A DNA stretch of 64,000 nucleotides from Acanthaster planci (taxonomy: Eukaryota). The notes under the pieces were generated by a model. That model had not been told where the DNA came from. It did no database searches and worked only from the letters and a program-made list of their open reading frames with translations. The stretch covers positions 1 to 64,000 of the forward strand of contig NW_019091358.1 in assembly GCF_001949145.1 (NCBI RefSeq), read 5' to 3'. Positions 23,206 to 37,004 of this stretch are shown here, piece after piece. The first letter of the stretch is position 1, and the number at the start of each line of letters is the position of its first letter. Both the position numbers and the translations under genes were made by a program.

Positions 23206-25112
23206 AAAGGGACCTAACAGAGTTGAGCGTTATGGGCCTCGAGCTGGACCAAGAGAGGGCGCACTTACCCTAGCAACCGTGACTGTGCTTGCGGTACTTA
23301 CTATGTTTCACTGGTTAACAAAGGCGTTTCATCACTGATTTATTGCACGGTATACACGGTAATGCAAAGAGACTGTTCCCAAACATTTGCCAGTGAGGCA
23401 GAAACTAGACTCTTGAATGTTGAGTTTGGAGGAGCTAAAAACTTTTGACAATTGAATGAGACAGAACGTAAATAAACATGGCGCAACAAATACATTGCGG
23501 ATTTTGTGAAATAAATCCTAAATAAATAAGTCCTATTCTAATTTTATTTTGAGAAAAAGCAAGTTAAAAAATCTCAGGAATTAATTATTAAATATAACTT
23601 ATCAATCAAACCTGTTAAACACAACTTTTATTGTGTTACTTTTTACTCTTAACATTTCCAGCAAAGTTCAAAAATTAAAAATTACAATAATTTAAATGCA
23701 AACAAATTCAAACACACATCCATTATACGTAAGTCTTTTTGCATATGGATACTAATAAACATTAAGTGCATGTTTATCATTTTCATAAAAATATAAATCA
23801 ATCTTATTTTAGACTCATAAATACATTCGAAAAGTTACATGAATAAAATAAATAAACCACACTTCCTCACAATGCAATGTGAAAACATATCTGTAGAGCG
23901 CGTCACAAATGTTGGTGTATTCATCACAGACAACAATGAACTTAAGTAAATTGAACAAAAGACTCCTTATTCTTTTAAAGATTCAGATATTGTAAACTGG
24001 CAATTAAAAATCAAATGTTCCATATCTCAACTTTGACAAGCATGGACAAATAGGCTTAAAAAATTCTCATGCCTACCATACCCCAACTCAGGTAACAATG
24101 TACTGTATGTCACAGGAGTTTAAGTATACATTCTGTTTGTGTGGTCTCCCAAACAATCGGTCACTATAAATGTGCCATTCAATCCTAATTTCATCCAGAC
24201 ATCAATTTCTTAGGTACAGAATTTCTATTTTGAACATTTTCTCCCTAAATTGTTGACAGAGGGTTCTCCCTAAATTGTTGACAGAGGGTTCTCCCTAAGA
24301 GACAGCATCAATGTCAGGTACTTTTCAAGGTCTTTGTTATTACCCACGCGACAACACTAACTACCCAATGACGCGCGGACACAGCAAAGCATGCAGCGCC
24401 CACTAAGTTCACAAGGTCTAGGCTTGCCACAGGCGGGCACCGTGGCTGGTGTTCCCGCTCCCCTGTAGTCCATGCATGCCCAGCATCAATGCCCAGCCCC
24501 CACTTTACATAGAGTGCGCTTCACAAGTTTTTATTTCATCAAACACCCAGTCAATATTACCCGTAAAATTTGCCCATTTTTCATCTTGCGCTATGTACGT
24601 ACATTATTTTCTTGCATATTTCTAAGTTTTGTTTTTTGCAAGTTATATTCAAACCCCCTTTCTGAATGTAATGATATACAGTGTATCTAACACAGCCCCT
24701 TTCTAACTAAACTTGGAACCATCCAATGAAAATTTCCTTCCCCAAATAATCTTTCCCATAATTATAAAAAAACAGACAAAAGAAAAACACAAGACAATTT
24801 CTCAGCTTTCTTCTTCTCTTGACGACTTGTCATTTCTTGTTTTTTCACTTCTCTTCTCATATGCACATATATTTACAATAATTCAAACTGAATTTTAGAA
24901 TTGAAATGACTTTCTTGTAAAAAAACTTAGGCAGAAAAGGGAAAGAAAAAATAGAGTAGTTGCGCTACACGATGTCTTGGAATACAGGTAATTGTACATG
25001 AATAATTGATTCAAGTATAATAAACCTTGAAGGAGTTGCCCCAAAATTTCATGTACTATTTCATTTACTACTTCTGGGAAAACTGGAAACATGGCATAAA
25101 TAAGCAAATGAT

Positions 25113-26740
25113 TCAAGTGTGATAAACCTTGAAACAAGGAGCAGGGCGAAGTGCTACTTCACAAATTTCACACATAAATCTAGTCTTATTGTTTCTGTGT
25201 AAAAACAAACACCACAACGTCTGTGTGATCTAGCTCGTGTTCCAGTCTGGGGAATTTCTACAACAAAATGTCTTCCTATCAGTCTACCTGGACCAGGAAG
25301 ACGGGTTGGTCTACCTCTAGATCAATACACTGGCAAATTTGGTGCACGCAACTCTAAGATTTCACTCACCAACATGTGTCTAAATGTCAGAAAACTCTCG
25401 GTGCCACCAATTTCCTTATACACAAGATAAGAGTTTACAAGAGCAATATCAAGCAAAAATAGGAACGCTTTCTTGTACCATTTGATTGATTTTCTTACTG
25501 AACGGTGCGACGATGCCAGCTGGTCTGCAATGTCCACACCCTTCATCCCCTCATTGTAGTCGAGTACACACCTGGGTTTTTCCAAAGCAATGCCGTGGTG
25601 GTTCCGCTTTCCAGTGTTGGCCATCTCAGCTGTATGCATCGTGGACAGCATACGGACATCTTTTTTGTCTTGCCAGACCAAGGCAAGCAAGCCTTGGTCG
25701 CAAGAGCGGTAAGCAACATCACCTCTCTTGAGTTTCAAGGAGCACAAGTCCTTGGGCATGTCTTGACGATTGCTTCTCACCGTCCTGACGACGTTCGTCT
25801 TCTCGCCATGTAGTTTCAGGTACAGTTGGGGGCTGCTGAACCAGTTGTCCAGGAAAATGGTGTACCCTTTGCCAAGAAGATTGGCGTTCAAGTCAAGTAC
25901 GATTTTCGTACTTGCCAGTCCAACAGCCTGGTCTTGACCGGTGTAAACCTTGAAGTTCCAGGTGTATCCAGCGGCAACTCCCGTGCTCTGGCAGACTTGA
26001 TACATCTTGATGCCAAACCTTGCATGCTTCTTGCTTGAACTTAAGTCTCCCTTTGAATTTCCAAAGGGACTCTTCGGTAGTAATGTTGCTAGACGGAATG
26101 TAGATGGACTTGAACTTCTCGGTCAGTTCGTCTATCTCCGGGCAGAGCTTGTAGAGTTGATTGGTTGTATCTGCACGGCTGTCATCGACGAAATGCAGAT
26201 GGGACAGCAAGTCCATAAATCTGTCGTGGGGCATGGTACTAGGGAAAAACGGAGTCTCAAGTATTGAGTCTCTCATCCAGTAGGACTTCAAGTCGGGTTT
26301 CGGCATCAGTTCCATGATGATGATCATGGACAGGAACACTGACATCTCGTCTGGTGTTGTGTCGAACTAGCTTTTCATGTGACTTGGACTTGCTGCTTGA
26401 CTTTTCGGGTGTTCAGCGGCATAGCGGTTGGTCTCGTTGACTATGTGCAACGTCAACTCTGGTGTGAAGAACTGCTCGAAGATTTCAACAGGAGTGCTGT
26501 TTTTGTCCATTTCTTGCACCTGAACACCCACTATGCCTTGAAAGTCATGTCGGCGGGGGAAGTTGTCATCAGCCATCCATTGAATGGACGAAGTCTTGAC
26601 CTTCTTCTTGGCAGCCTCGCTAACGGTGGTTGCCCGTTAGAATCGCTGTCACAAGTTTCAATTTCTGAACTATGTTCAGATTCCGACGTGAAATCTGAAC
26701 CACTAGTCGCCATCAGAGTTTCCTCTTCAATGGAAGACAT
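25113..26740 (-). pseudogene. piggyBac transposase (PGBD4-like), disrupted
   Basis: Acidic N-terminus, IVNETNRYA, ITTEESLWKFKGRLKFKQ, GYTWNFKVYTG, IFLDNWFSS, YNEGMKGVDIADQ, KWYKK, and C-terminal Cys-rich domain RRCGVC...TRFMCEICEVALRPAPCFKVYHT*. Confidence 0.93.
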
Positions 26741-28128
26741 CGTGTAATGCAACTGAAGGGCCGAGGAGCGGCCAGGAAAATATATACCAAGTGCTACAGA
26801 AAACACTCCTTTTTAGACAAAACAAATGTCCAATTATGCTGGACAATGGACTGTCTGTATCCCGAGTGTGGGTGCTGGGGTGCTGTGCTGTGCTGGGTGT
26901 TGTAACGTGCGACTGATTCAAAAGAACCAAAATGAAGTAGGGCATGACGTTGATGAACATGACCGCAGAGAAAAGGAAACCAGCAGCTATATTTACAGAA
27001 ATATATTCAGTTTACATACCAAAAATAATAATAAAGCAATTTTAATCTAGGTTACTATTTGCTTAATATAAAAATTAAATAATTACTTATGGGTTGTTAT
27101 CGAGGTTTCCTGACTTGACTGGGTACGTGCTGTCAAATTGACTGTTGGTGTTCTGTTGCGGAGGGACAACTGGGGCACAGCTGGCTGAAGCACTGCCTGG
27201 TCATGTGGGTGAGCCTTAGAGCTGGTCTGGTCCTAGGCCATCTAGGAAGAGCTGCAAAACTGGTTGGTTTGGGTCATCAACTTGAAGGAGAGAGAGAACA
27301 GCTGAGACTCACTGTCTCTACATGCAATGCATGTGGCAAGTCGTCAACTTGAAGGAAAAGAGTACAGCGGTGACTCGCTGTATCTGCAGGCAGTGTATAC
27401 ATGTAGCTGGAGGGCCAATTGGACATTGGCTGGAGTGATGAAGGTTGGTGATACCCATCAGTTGAAAAAAGAACAGATCCCCTGGCTGGACGGGTGGCTG
27501 TGGTGTCATTAGTGCATCCGAGCATGGTACAACCCACTTCTTAAATACATGTGCACCCAGAAAATAATAAAAGGGCCATTACATAACCAGTCAGCCCTCT
27601 GGGCAACATCTTAACAAAAGAATACTGGGTACAAAACACAATACATGTACATAGGGTCTGCTGCAGCACAGTTTAGACTTGAAAATAGAGTTAAATAAAA
27701 AAAAAAAAGCAGGCGAATTATAAAGGACGAAATGTCCAATCTGTAACAACGTTTTCAGGGCCTAGCTGGGCCGTAAACAATGGCGCGCACACCATGTCAA
27801 TGGCCTGTATTCATCCCGCTCCGGGCCCACACAACGCGCGTTGCATAAGCCCTGACTGCGGAGTCAGCGACACTCCACGGAGATTACCCAGGGTATTCAA
27901 TCAAAGACAAAGGGGGTGTTCTGATGAATAAAATGCAATTTACTGGGTATTGTAGGGTCGACCAACTCTCCTAGTTGCCCTAGATGTCCATTCAATGCAA
28001 AGCTCCCAGTAACTACAGGTGTATACTAAATAAAAGTTGCAGGTGTGGTATGCGGCTGCTGCAGACACCCGGAAATTAGACTTTTCACGAGGTGCAGCAT
28101 TTCCAGTCATCCGTCGCGAAGGGGTTAA
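25113..28128 (-). mobile_element. piggyBac element; 5' terminus intact, 3' terminus not found
   Basis: GCGAAGGGG|TTAA at 28116-28128 (TTAA-CCCCTTCGC on the minus strand), upstream of the transposase. No matching TTAACCC found on the other side. Confidence 0.7.
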
Positions 28129-28282
28129 AAACAGTGACAGATTACCTTCGAAAAATGCAAGCTAAAAATGATGGCAGTTCCTAGCAGCAGGTCTTTTGTA
28201 TTTTGTTATGTCCCATTTCGGGTACCCAGGCTCTGCATATAAACCCATGGTGCTCGAAACGGGGTTCCTCGGCAGCAAGTGG
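28129..28282. repeat. partial copy (3' part) of the piggyBac-type MITE found at 55129 and 62845
   Basis: Ends CCTCGGCAGCAAGTGG, matching the MITE TIR. Upstream sequence aligns loosely with 55520-55703. Confidence 0.55.
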
Positions 28283-30012
28283 TAAGACAAACCTTCTTGT
28301 TCTTCTTGCTTATTCACTTTGCACACATTTTCTTTCATCAACCTCTTTAGTCCCTTTACAACTTTGGAGCTTAAGCAACATTTTACCAGTCTCCTATGTT
28401 CACGTACCCCTGCCCAGCCTACATACACAAAGTTCCCATGTGCCTAGTACAATTCGCTGAAAGACTTGATCATGCATGCTGCCTCTTGACCCTCCACAAT
28501 GCACTGCGGGCCCGGCGTCAAGTTCATCCTTCTTTTCCCAGTGCCTATCATTTACAGACGTGTCTTTTATGACATTTTCGGAGTTTCGAGTTCCGTACCT
28601 TTCGCGTTTGTGAATTGATTTGATTCCTGTTACAGTATAAAGAGTGATTTCTTATCTCTTGGTAAGAGTGCTTATTCTCATATTTATTTCGTTCTTTGCA
28701 TGCTGTGTTTTTTTTTTGTGGTTCTTTTCTGCCCCCTTTTTCTGTGCATTGTATACAAGTTTGGGTGTGACCTACTGTGATGTGTTGTGTTGGGTATGGC
28801 TGTTAAACAGGAGCGGGAAGCCCTTTGTTCTCTATGTGATGCGTGCGTTCGAACAAGAACAGCCCAACGCTATACGGGTCTGGCCGCTTAGCGGGGCTAG
28901 GTAGGCTGCTCTGCTCCTTTGTGGTGCAGTTTTGCATTATCTGATTAGCGGCCTGGACGAGGAGAGACCCAGTGAAATGTAAAGGCAGAGGGTGAGTGAA
29001 CTGTACCGCAATAAACCCCAGACCTTTATCTACAGATCAGGCTGAGTGCGAGTTACCGGAACATGCCTAGATCGCTAATAGCCACTAGCAGGATTGATCA
29101 GGCTGAGCGAGCGGACTGTAACAATGCCCTTGATCACTGATGGCTACTCCACCTACCGAGCCGGTGTGCTGGACTCTTATACTACCTGTGGTCATGGGCG
29201 CCCACCTTGCACCAATAGATCGGGTTGAGCGAGCTATGCCACAACAATGCCCTTGATTATGATTGTCTGGGAGTAATGAGCCGTTCCCTTTCTTTGTGCA
29301 GCGGGTCCCGGGCATCGCAACCAACCGCATCCGCGGACGACTCTACCGACTGATGGCTCAGCAGGACCCGCGGGGCAATGGTCTGCCGTCTGCCCCGGGC
29401 CCCTCACCAGCTCCTGCTCACCGAGCAGCACCCGCTCAGAAGTCGGGTCAGTCAACTCCCTCCAAGTGGGCAATGGGTTTCACAGCGGGTTCACCACACT
29501 CCACTGCTTCTGTCATGGGCGAGTCAGCTAACCAGCATGCTGCCCAGCCTTCCATTGCCTTTCGTCCGTCCGTCCGTCCGCCACATCTCATCCGCAGCTC
29601 TAGCCTGCCGATGGATTCCGGTCATGAGGCCACCGATCCTGACCTGGGGCGTTCCTCCCAGGAGATGACCGACCACTCGGGGGATCCCTGCCCAGTCCTT
29701 TCTCCAATCATTCCAGCCTCCAGTTCCCCCACACTGGCAAAAACTAAGAAGATTAAGGCCAAGTCATCTTCCTTGGCCTTTTCTTCATCCAAGGCTAAGA
29801 AGAGACGCCACTCTGATTCGGATCCACCCCCATGGATGGCAACCCTCCAGTCTCTCACAGAAGCCTTCACCTTTCTTGCCCGCAAGATAGACTCTAAGCC
29901 TCAACCAGCTGCGACGGCACCAGACCTGGAGCCCCTCCCGGCTGTCCCTCCTCTCTCACACGGGGCCCTCTCGGAGGCCGAGGCAACTTCTATTCTGCAA
30001 CTAGAACCATCC

Positions 30013-33000
30013 CACAGTGGGCCAGGGCGTAGTCAAAGTGCGCCAAAATAGGGATTTGGTGAATGAAACTTTCTTCAATTTTTTGTGCTTTTCAGAAAGG
30101 TTAGACCCCCATGGATACTTCTGTAGAATATTTTTTCAAAAAATGATGTTTATAATTTTTTTGGGTACTTTTTGAATACGGAAAATTACGGAAAATGAGC
30201 TACAGATGCTAAAAATGGCTACACACGTTCAATCTATTAATCTGCTATATAGGGGAAACTGATCCAATTGAAAATGCATCTGTGTATTACTCCTTAGTCA
30301 TTCTAAAAATTTATTAGATTTTAGAAATATTGCAGATCATCGTAAATATCTTGTTTAAAAAGTACAAAATTACTTTTTTTCCTTAAATAAGTATGGAAAT
30401 TATAATTCCTGTGGATTCCCGCTTTACTTTTTATACTGTTGTCATCCTTAGTATCTTGTTTTTCAGGTGATATCAAAATTAGCTGCCGCCTTGCGCCGCC
30501 GTTTGAATTATGGTGTATTTTGAGACCGCCAGCATTGGCGTTTTTGCAGTTCTTTTGATACAGAGCATTGAGATATGTTTACAATAGCGATTCCGGCCAT
30601 CTGACTAGCTGCGGTACTGTATAAAAAGGCAGCATTTCGTTTCATACAGCCTTTACCATTTAGTTGAACGTTTTTGAACTTGAAACACAGTAGTGGATAC
30701 TGCTCTTCAATCAAACAAGCATTATGAAGGCTTTCTTCATTTCGGTTTTCATGTTGTCGATGATTTGATTCCAAGCTGGAAAAGATGACATCTATGTCAA
30801 GAAGACAACTGTTTGAACTTGTTCATTCGTCTAAAATCATCACTGACATTAAACTGTCGAACCTTAGATTTTGTCTGCTTAGATTTTGTATTTCAATTCC
30901 ACGATGTTGATGGGTCTGATATACCTGCGGATCTTCGTTGACAGACAACCAAGATGATATTAAAGGACTTTTTCTTTCGAGTGAGAAATAGATGGACTCG
31001 AAGCAAACACATGATAAAACATTCTTTCAAAACAACGCTGTTTGGTTGGACAATAAAATATCATTTCCCGATGAAGTGGAACAATTTTTTGCAAGTAAGG
31101 ACGCAAGCAGGAATGATCCTTGTCTTTCAGCAGAGCCAAGTACATCCAAACAGCACCCAACAATGGAACGTCCAATCAAGGCTTGGCAAGCACTTTCAAA
31201 AAGATCAAGGCAAAGAAAAGCACTCAAGCTTATAACACAAAAGAAACCAGCTGAGCTGCTGTTTGCAGCATCACGAGGATCATACAAACAAAATCAAGAC
31301 CTGAAGTATGTGCTTCAGTTTGCAATGATTTCTCCGTCCAGACCCACTTAAATGAGAAGACTAATTTCTAAGCAAAAAAAAAAAGCCGGAAGCATTCTCA
31401 TTGGAAGAAGCCTTGTCATTGATGACTGAAACTGACTTGACAAAACGTTCCTATCAAATGATATGATCAGCAGCGAAACGAAAAGGTTCAGACATTTATC
31501 CGCCTTACAATGATGTAAGAGAAGCAAAAAGAAAATGCTACCCGGACAACATCGATATACGGGAGGACTCGGCTTAAATGCCTCTTCAAGACCTGCTAGA
31601 TCACACTTCATTAAGGATAATTCAAGGACAAAAAGATGTCATCACTGAAGCTATCGAGAATCTTTAGGAAGATGAACCTTTATCGTGTGACTTAATATGT
31701 AAGTGGGGCATTGATGGTCATCTGACCACAGCGAAAACAAGCAAAAGTTTTCTTCGCGGGGCAATCAGATGCCAGCATGTTCTGCACTGCACTTGTCCCA
31801 TTCAATTACGGTTCAGAGATCATACCCTGTGGCAAAACCCAGTGCCATCTTCAACAAGATTTTGCCATCCTGTTCACCTACAATCCCAAAAGGAGACCGT
31901 TGAAGTGTGCGAGGAAGAAGATCATTGAGTGAATCGGGAGATTGAACAGCTCAAGCCAATTGATGTAACTGTGGAAATTTAATACGAGATGGAAACAGAG
32001 AAAAACAGAACAGGCAATGTACAAGTAAACTATGATCTTCATGAAACTGTTGTAGACCAAAAGGTGATCAGTGCTTTAACATCAACTAAATCATCTATGA
32101 GGTGTTACATCTGTGGGACAACACCCAAACAGTTTAATGATATACATGTAAATGAGCTTCAATGCCCATAAATGGATTCGCTGCTTTGAGATGCTTATTC
32201 ACTTTTCATACAGACTTTCTTTTCAGAAGTGGCACGCAACATGAGACAAAGATAAGGAACTGCTGACATCGAGAAAGAAAGAGATCCACGATTGTTTCAA
32301 AGCCAAACTTGAAATGAAAGTGGATGAACTAAAGTAGGGAGCAGGCAACACCACTGACGGAAATACTGCAAGAAGAGCATTCTGGGCAGAAAAGGAATTT
32401 GCGGCAATTTGTGGACTGAATGAATCGCTAGTTCATAATCTGCACATGATCCTTGTTGCACTGTCATGCTCACTTCCCCTCGACTCTGAAAAATTTGGAA
32501 CATTTTGCAGGAATACCGCAAAACTTCCAATCAAGCTGTACCCTTGGTTCAAGATGCCCGTAAGTGTCCATGTTCTGCTGATCAACGGGGCAGAAATTTT
32601 GTTACCTTCAGTGCTTCCAATCGGCACGATGAGTGAAGAGGTTTCAGAGGCCATGAACAAAGACAAGTTATTCCGCCTCAGGCATGTGAGGAAGACATCA
32701 CGGTTGACACCATGAGTGACGTGTTTCAAAGGCTTATGGTGACTGGAGATATTGTTATCAGTACGTATTCAATACGGTCACGACACTCATGAATTCTTCC
32801 TTGTGAAGTTAAGTCTATGCTCAAAGACTCAGATACGTGTATCATCAGTGATCCTAGAGACAACACTCAGCAAAGTGAATCTTCAGAAAGCGATTAACAT
32901 CAAGTGGTAAGTGGACTAAATTCTCTCAAATAGCAAATAAGGTGCCTACATTATTCATTAAAAAACAATTACCGATAATATGAAAATATGAACCTAGAAC

Positions 33001-33447
33001 AAATGGAAAAGTAATCTTATTGAAGAAACAGAAAAAATTTCCCCTTTTTTTAATTGCATCCGAAATTTGGCGACACAAAACACTGATAAGGAAACAAAAC
33101 ATGAAGTTCTGCATTTAAAATGCAGCTGACACCTTCTCCAAGATCATTATTTTTGGAGAATGAAGGAAAATAACGTGAAATTAATCTAAAAGCCATTTCC
33201 ATTTGGTTAATAAATGGAAAAAAGAACCGGGTACATGTGCAACGTGCAGTACTTAGTACGATGCTTAACAAAATAAAGTAGTGAAAGTCATCCAATAAAA
33301 CAAAAACAGCATCCAAAGACTTCAAAAACATTTGAAACCATCTTTATCGGATTCCACTCATTCGAAAACCAGCTTAGGTGAACTTTGTTAGGAACATATT
33401 CGCTCAAATACTTTCGGCACACTTTGACCACGCTCTTGTCCACTGTG
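30013..33447 (+). mobile_element. full-length Transib DNA transposon (RAG1-related), 3435 bp
   Basis: Starts CACAGTG and ends CACTGTG, with about 35-bp imperfect TIRs. Perfect 5-bp TSD CATCC at 30008-30012 and 33448-33452. Confidence 0.95.
30785..32897 (+). pseudogene. Transib transposase (RAG1 core-like DDE), multiple stops and frameshifts
   Basis: ERPIKAWQALSKRSRQRK, IYPPYNDVREAKRKCYP, LQDLLDHT, KWGIDG (31701), WQNPVPSSTRFC, VDQKV, RCYICG, GNTTDGNTARRAF, LYPWFKMPVSVH, LPIGTMSEEVSEAMNK. Confidence 0.93.
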
Positions 33448-36054
33448 CATCCCCTCAACCAGTTACGGCGTCGGAATCGCCTCACGGTGACTTGCTCCAC
33501 TCGGTCTTCAGCCCGTCTCCTCCTAGGAGGATGATATTGACTCAGTGGCTGGTCTGACCCAGCCAGAAGATCACCTGCGCCTTCTCCAGTGTGACATGAT
33601 TCACATCCTTGGGCTCCCGTCGCCAGATCCTACACCGTCTGAACAGGGACACTCTTCGTTCAAGCGCCACCCTTCAGGCCTTGGGTCAGCTGAACCTGTC
33701 TTCCCAGAGATTCCTCTAGACCGTTCCTGCATGGAGATGATGAATGCCCTCACAAAGGTTAGACGCTGGCGCACAGCTCCTCCCAGGGCCTTGTCCTACC
33801 ACTATTTTCCTCAAGAGGATGTCTCTTGCTTTTTTCATCCCCAGATATCCCTGACGCTGCCAGAGACAAGATTTCGTCTGATTCTGGCAATGCCAACCTT
33901 GAAACAGTTCTCCATCGCTTAGACACAGCGTCTCGCTTCGGCCTCCGATGTTCAGTTTTCCTCCTCCTTCTTTCGGGGTATATTGCCAGAGCTCATGAAG
34001 AAGACTCTTCAGTCTCCCCAGACTTTGTGGCCCTAGCTCTGCGAGGGCTCGACAAGGGACTCTACTCAACTTTTGAGCAATTTACTCGTATCTCCCTTCT
34101 GGCCACTTCTAGCCCCAGAGCCAACACGGTGGATGCCATGAATAACCCTTATGAATCTGTCAAGAACAAACTCATGGATCTCCCGCTCCATGGGAACTCC
34201 TCCACTTCCACTCCTCCCCCATGCAACAAGTCCAAACGCCTGGCTCTAGAGGAGGAGATTTCAACGCTATTGCGCAAACGAGCCATAACGCCGGTACATC
34301 CAAACCAGCTATCCACCGGCTTCCTCTCGTCCTTTTTCCTGACACCCAAGAAAGAACCGGGAAAATGGCAACTGATAATCAATTTGAAACCGCTCAACAA
34401 GTTCATCAAGCCAAGATGGTTTCGAATGGAGACACTTAGCGTGGTTCTGCGCTCCTACCAGTCCCGTGTTGGGCCACGTCCATAGATCTACGGAACGCAT
34501 ATCTCCATATCCCAATACACGAACAGTTCTGCAAGTTCCTCCGCTTCGAGTACTGCGGCCAAACCTACCAGTTTCGGGCCCTTCCCTTCGGTCTCTCAAT
34601 TTCACCAAGGGTCTTTACCAAGATTGCCAAGACTCTCGTCGCCTATCTACGAAGGTGCGACATCCTCATTTTTCAATATCTGGACGACTGGCTGACTGTA
34701 AATTGCTCCCCCGACGAGGCCAGAGCCAGCACCTCTCTCACCCTTGATGTTACGACATGCCTAAGGTTCCTCATCAACCATGACAAGTCGGCCCTCGACC
34801 CATCAAAGCGGCTGACCTACCTTGAGGCGGTCCTCGACCTTCACAGAAGCATCCCAGCTCCGACACCGGAATGCATCCTCAATCTACAACAATGTGTCCT
34901 TCAGTTTTTGCAATCCGAGGCACCCACGGCCCTAGCCTGGCTCTGTCTTCTCAGACTATTGGCCAGTTTGGTCGACCTCATCCCATGGTGTCAACCGGAG
35001 ATGCAGCCACTTCAATTACATCTCCTATCTCGGTACTGCCCCAAGAGCAACCCGGTTTCTACCTCGGTCCCTCTTTCGCCGGAGGTTTGCACTCACCTCC
35101 AGTGGTGGACTGTCAACGAGCACCTGTCGACTGGTCGTCCTTTTGCTCCCCCACACCAAATGTCACGATGGCAATGGATGCGTTGCTATTCAGATGGGGG
35201 CCTCCCTTCCTCCATTTCACTCATCCAAGGTTTTGGACTCTTCCTTCCGCTACAAACACATCAACCTGCTGGAACTGCAGGCAGTATTCAACGCTCTTCG
35301 CCACTTCCAGCAGCACTTTGTGGGTCTCTCGGTTCTAATCCAGAGAGACAACTCCACAGTGGTGGTACATCAACCACCAAGGCGGCACGCGCTCCCCTCA
35401 ACTTTGCGTCCTTACATGGCAGATCTTCGTGTGGGCGTTCGATTATGGAATCTCTCCCCAGGCCGCTAACATAGCAGGAACAACCAACAGCATAGCAGAC
35501 ACTCTCTCCCGAGGCACTGTCCATCCGACAGAGTGGACTCTTCATCCGGGCGTGGTCAGTCAGATCTTTGGGGGGATCGAACGTCCCCATGCCGACCTTT
35601 TCGCATTGGCCAACAATACTCATCTTCTGACGTTCTGCTCCAGGTTTCTCCACCCATGAGCCTGGGTGATGGACGCTCTACAGGTGGACTGGTCCGGCCT
35701 TCTGGCGTACGCCTTTCCTCCAATCTCTCTCATCCCGCGGGTCATATCCAAGATAGGACAAGAGACATGATGAATTCTCCTCGTAGCCCCATTCTGGCCT
35801 CGCCAACCATGGTTCCCGAGACTGACAAGGCTCCTGGTTCGTTGACCACTGATCCTTCTGCCCAGAGAGGACATTCTTCGCCTGCCCAGGTCAGGAATCC
35901 TCCATTCAGCACCAGGCAATCTTCATTTGACATACTGGATTTGTCCAACGATTGTTCAGAGTGTCAGGCTTTTCTGCGGATGCTGCATTCATGGCGGCCC
36001 GGGGCCGACGACTTCCCACATACGGAATCTACAATCTACGTTTTCTAAGGCTGG

Positions 36055-36980
36055 TAGTGTGGAAACGATTCAGTTTCTTTGCTTGACGCTGGTATACAGT
36101 CCATGTCTTGCACCCATACAGTAAGGTGGTGAGGAATACTGCTCCATAGACTTTGATCTTTGTTTCTGTAGTGATGTCCGCCTGTTCCAGCCATTGCTGT
36201 AGAGCCTGCCAATAGCAGCACTGGCCTTGGCCAGTCTGGCATTCACCTCGTCATCGATGATGACATTCCAAGACAGCGAACTTCCAAGATAGATGAATTT
36301 CTCCACCACGTTCAGTCGCTGGCCATTCACGGTGATGTTAGGTTCTGTGTAGGCATTTCCTGGTGCAGGCTGGTGCATCACTTCTGTTTTCTTTGTGCTG
36401 ATGGTAAGGCCAAAGTTGTTACAGGCCTCGGAGAACAGGTCAACGCTGTGTTGCATGTCCTCTTCAGAGGCAGGGTTGAGGGCACAGTCATCAGCAAACA
36501 GGAAGTCGTTGATGGTGCCTGACTGGACTTTGGTCTTCTCTTGGAGCCTCCTGAGGTTGAAGACAGAGCCATCAAAACACCATCTGATGCCGATGCCTGT
36601 GTCCGTGTCGGTGAAGGTTTCAGTTAGCGTTGCCGATAACATGAGGCTGAACAGGGTCGGGGCAAGGACACAGCCCTGCTTCACTCCATTGGACACTGCA
36701 AAGGGATCTGATGATTCACCACTGTCAATGATTCATGAAACTGACGCACGATGGCTGTGAACTTTCTGGGGCATCTGTACTTTCCCATGATTCTCCAGTG
36801 GCCCTCTCTGCTGACGGTGTCAAACACTTCGGTTAGATCGACATGTGGAGAACAGGTCAGTGTTCTGTTCCTGGCACTTCTCTTGGAGCTGTCTTGCCGC
36901 AAACACCATGTCGATCATTCCACATTCTTTCCTGAAGCCACACTGACTCTTGGGCAGGAGACCTTGCTCTAGGTGAAGTT
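36055..36980 (-). mobile_element. RTE-clade LINE reverse transcriptase fragment
   Basis: LPKSQCGFR, DMVFAARQLQEKC, GVKQGCVLAPTLF, FADDCAL, GLTISTKKTEVM, FIYLGS, EVNARLAKASAAIGRL. Confidence 0.92.
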
Positions 36981-37004
36981 GTATCCCTGTACCTTGATGA
37001 GAAG

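Larger units (their letters stand above)
28380..36050 (+). mobile_element. DIRS-type (tyrosine recombinase) retrotransposon, decayed, split by Transib and 3'-truncated
   Basis: Pro/Ser-rich gag-like ORF 29263-30012 continues in frame at 33453. RT: FLTPKKEPGKWQLIINLKPLN, FRALPFGLSISPRVFTK, YLDD at 34677-34688. RNase H: HINLLELQAV, DNSTVV, NSIADTLSR. Methyltransferase-like DLFA, YAFPP, APFWPRQPWFP. The recombinase is missing beyond about 36050. The left boundary is approximate. Confidence 0.88.

Noticed and set aside
24239..24298. 25-bp tandem duplication TTCTCCCTAAATTGTTGACAGAGGG
   Set aside because: Simple local duplication with no evidence of function.
30013..33447. ProtoRAG/RAG1-RAG2 transposon
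   Set aside because: Only one transposase gene fits. I see no convergent kelch/RAG2-like ORF and no RAG1 N-terminal RING region.
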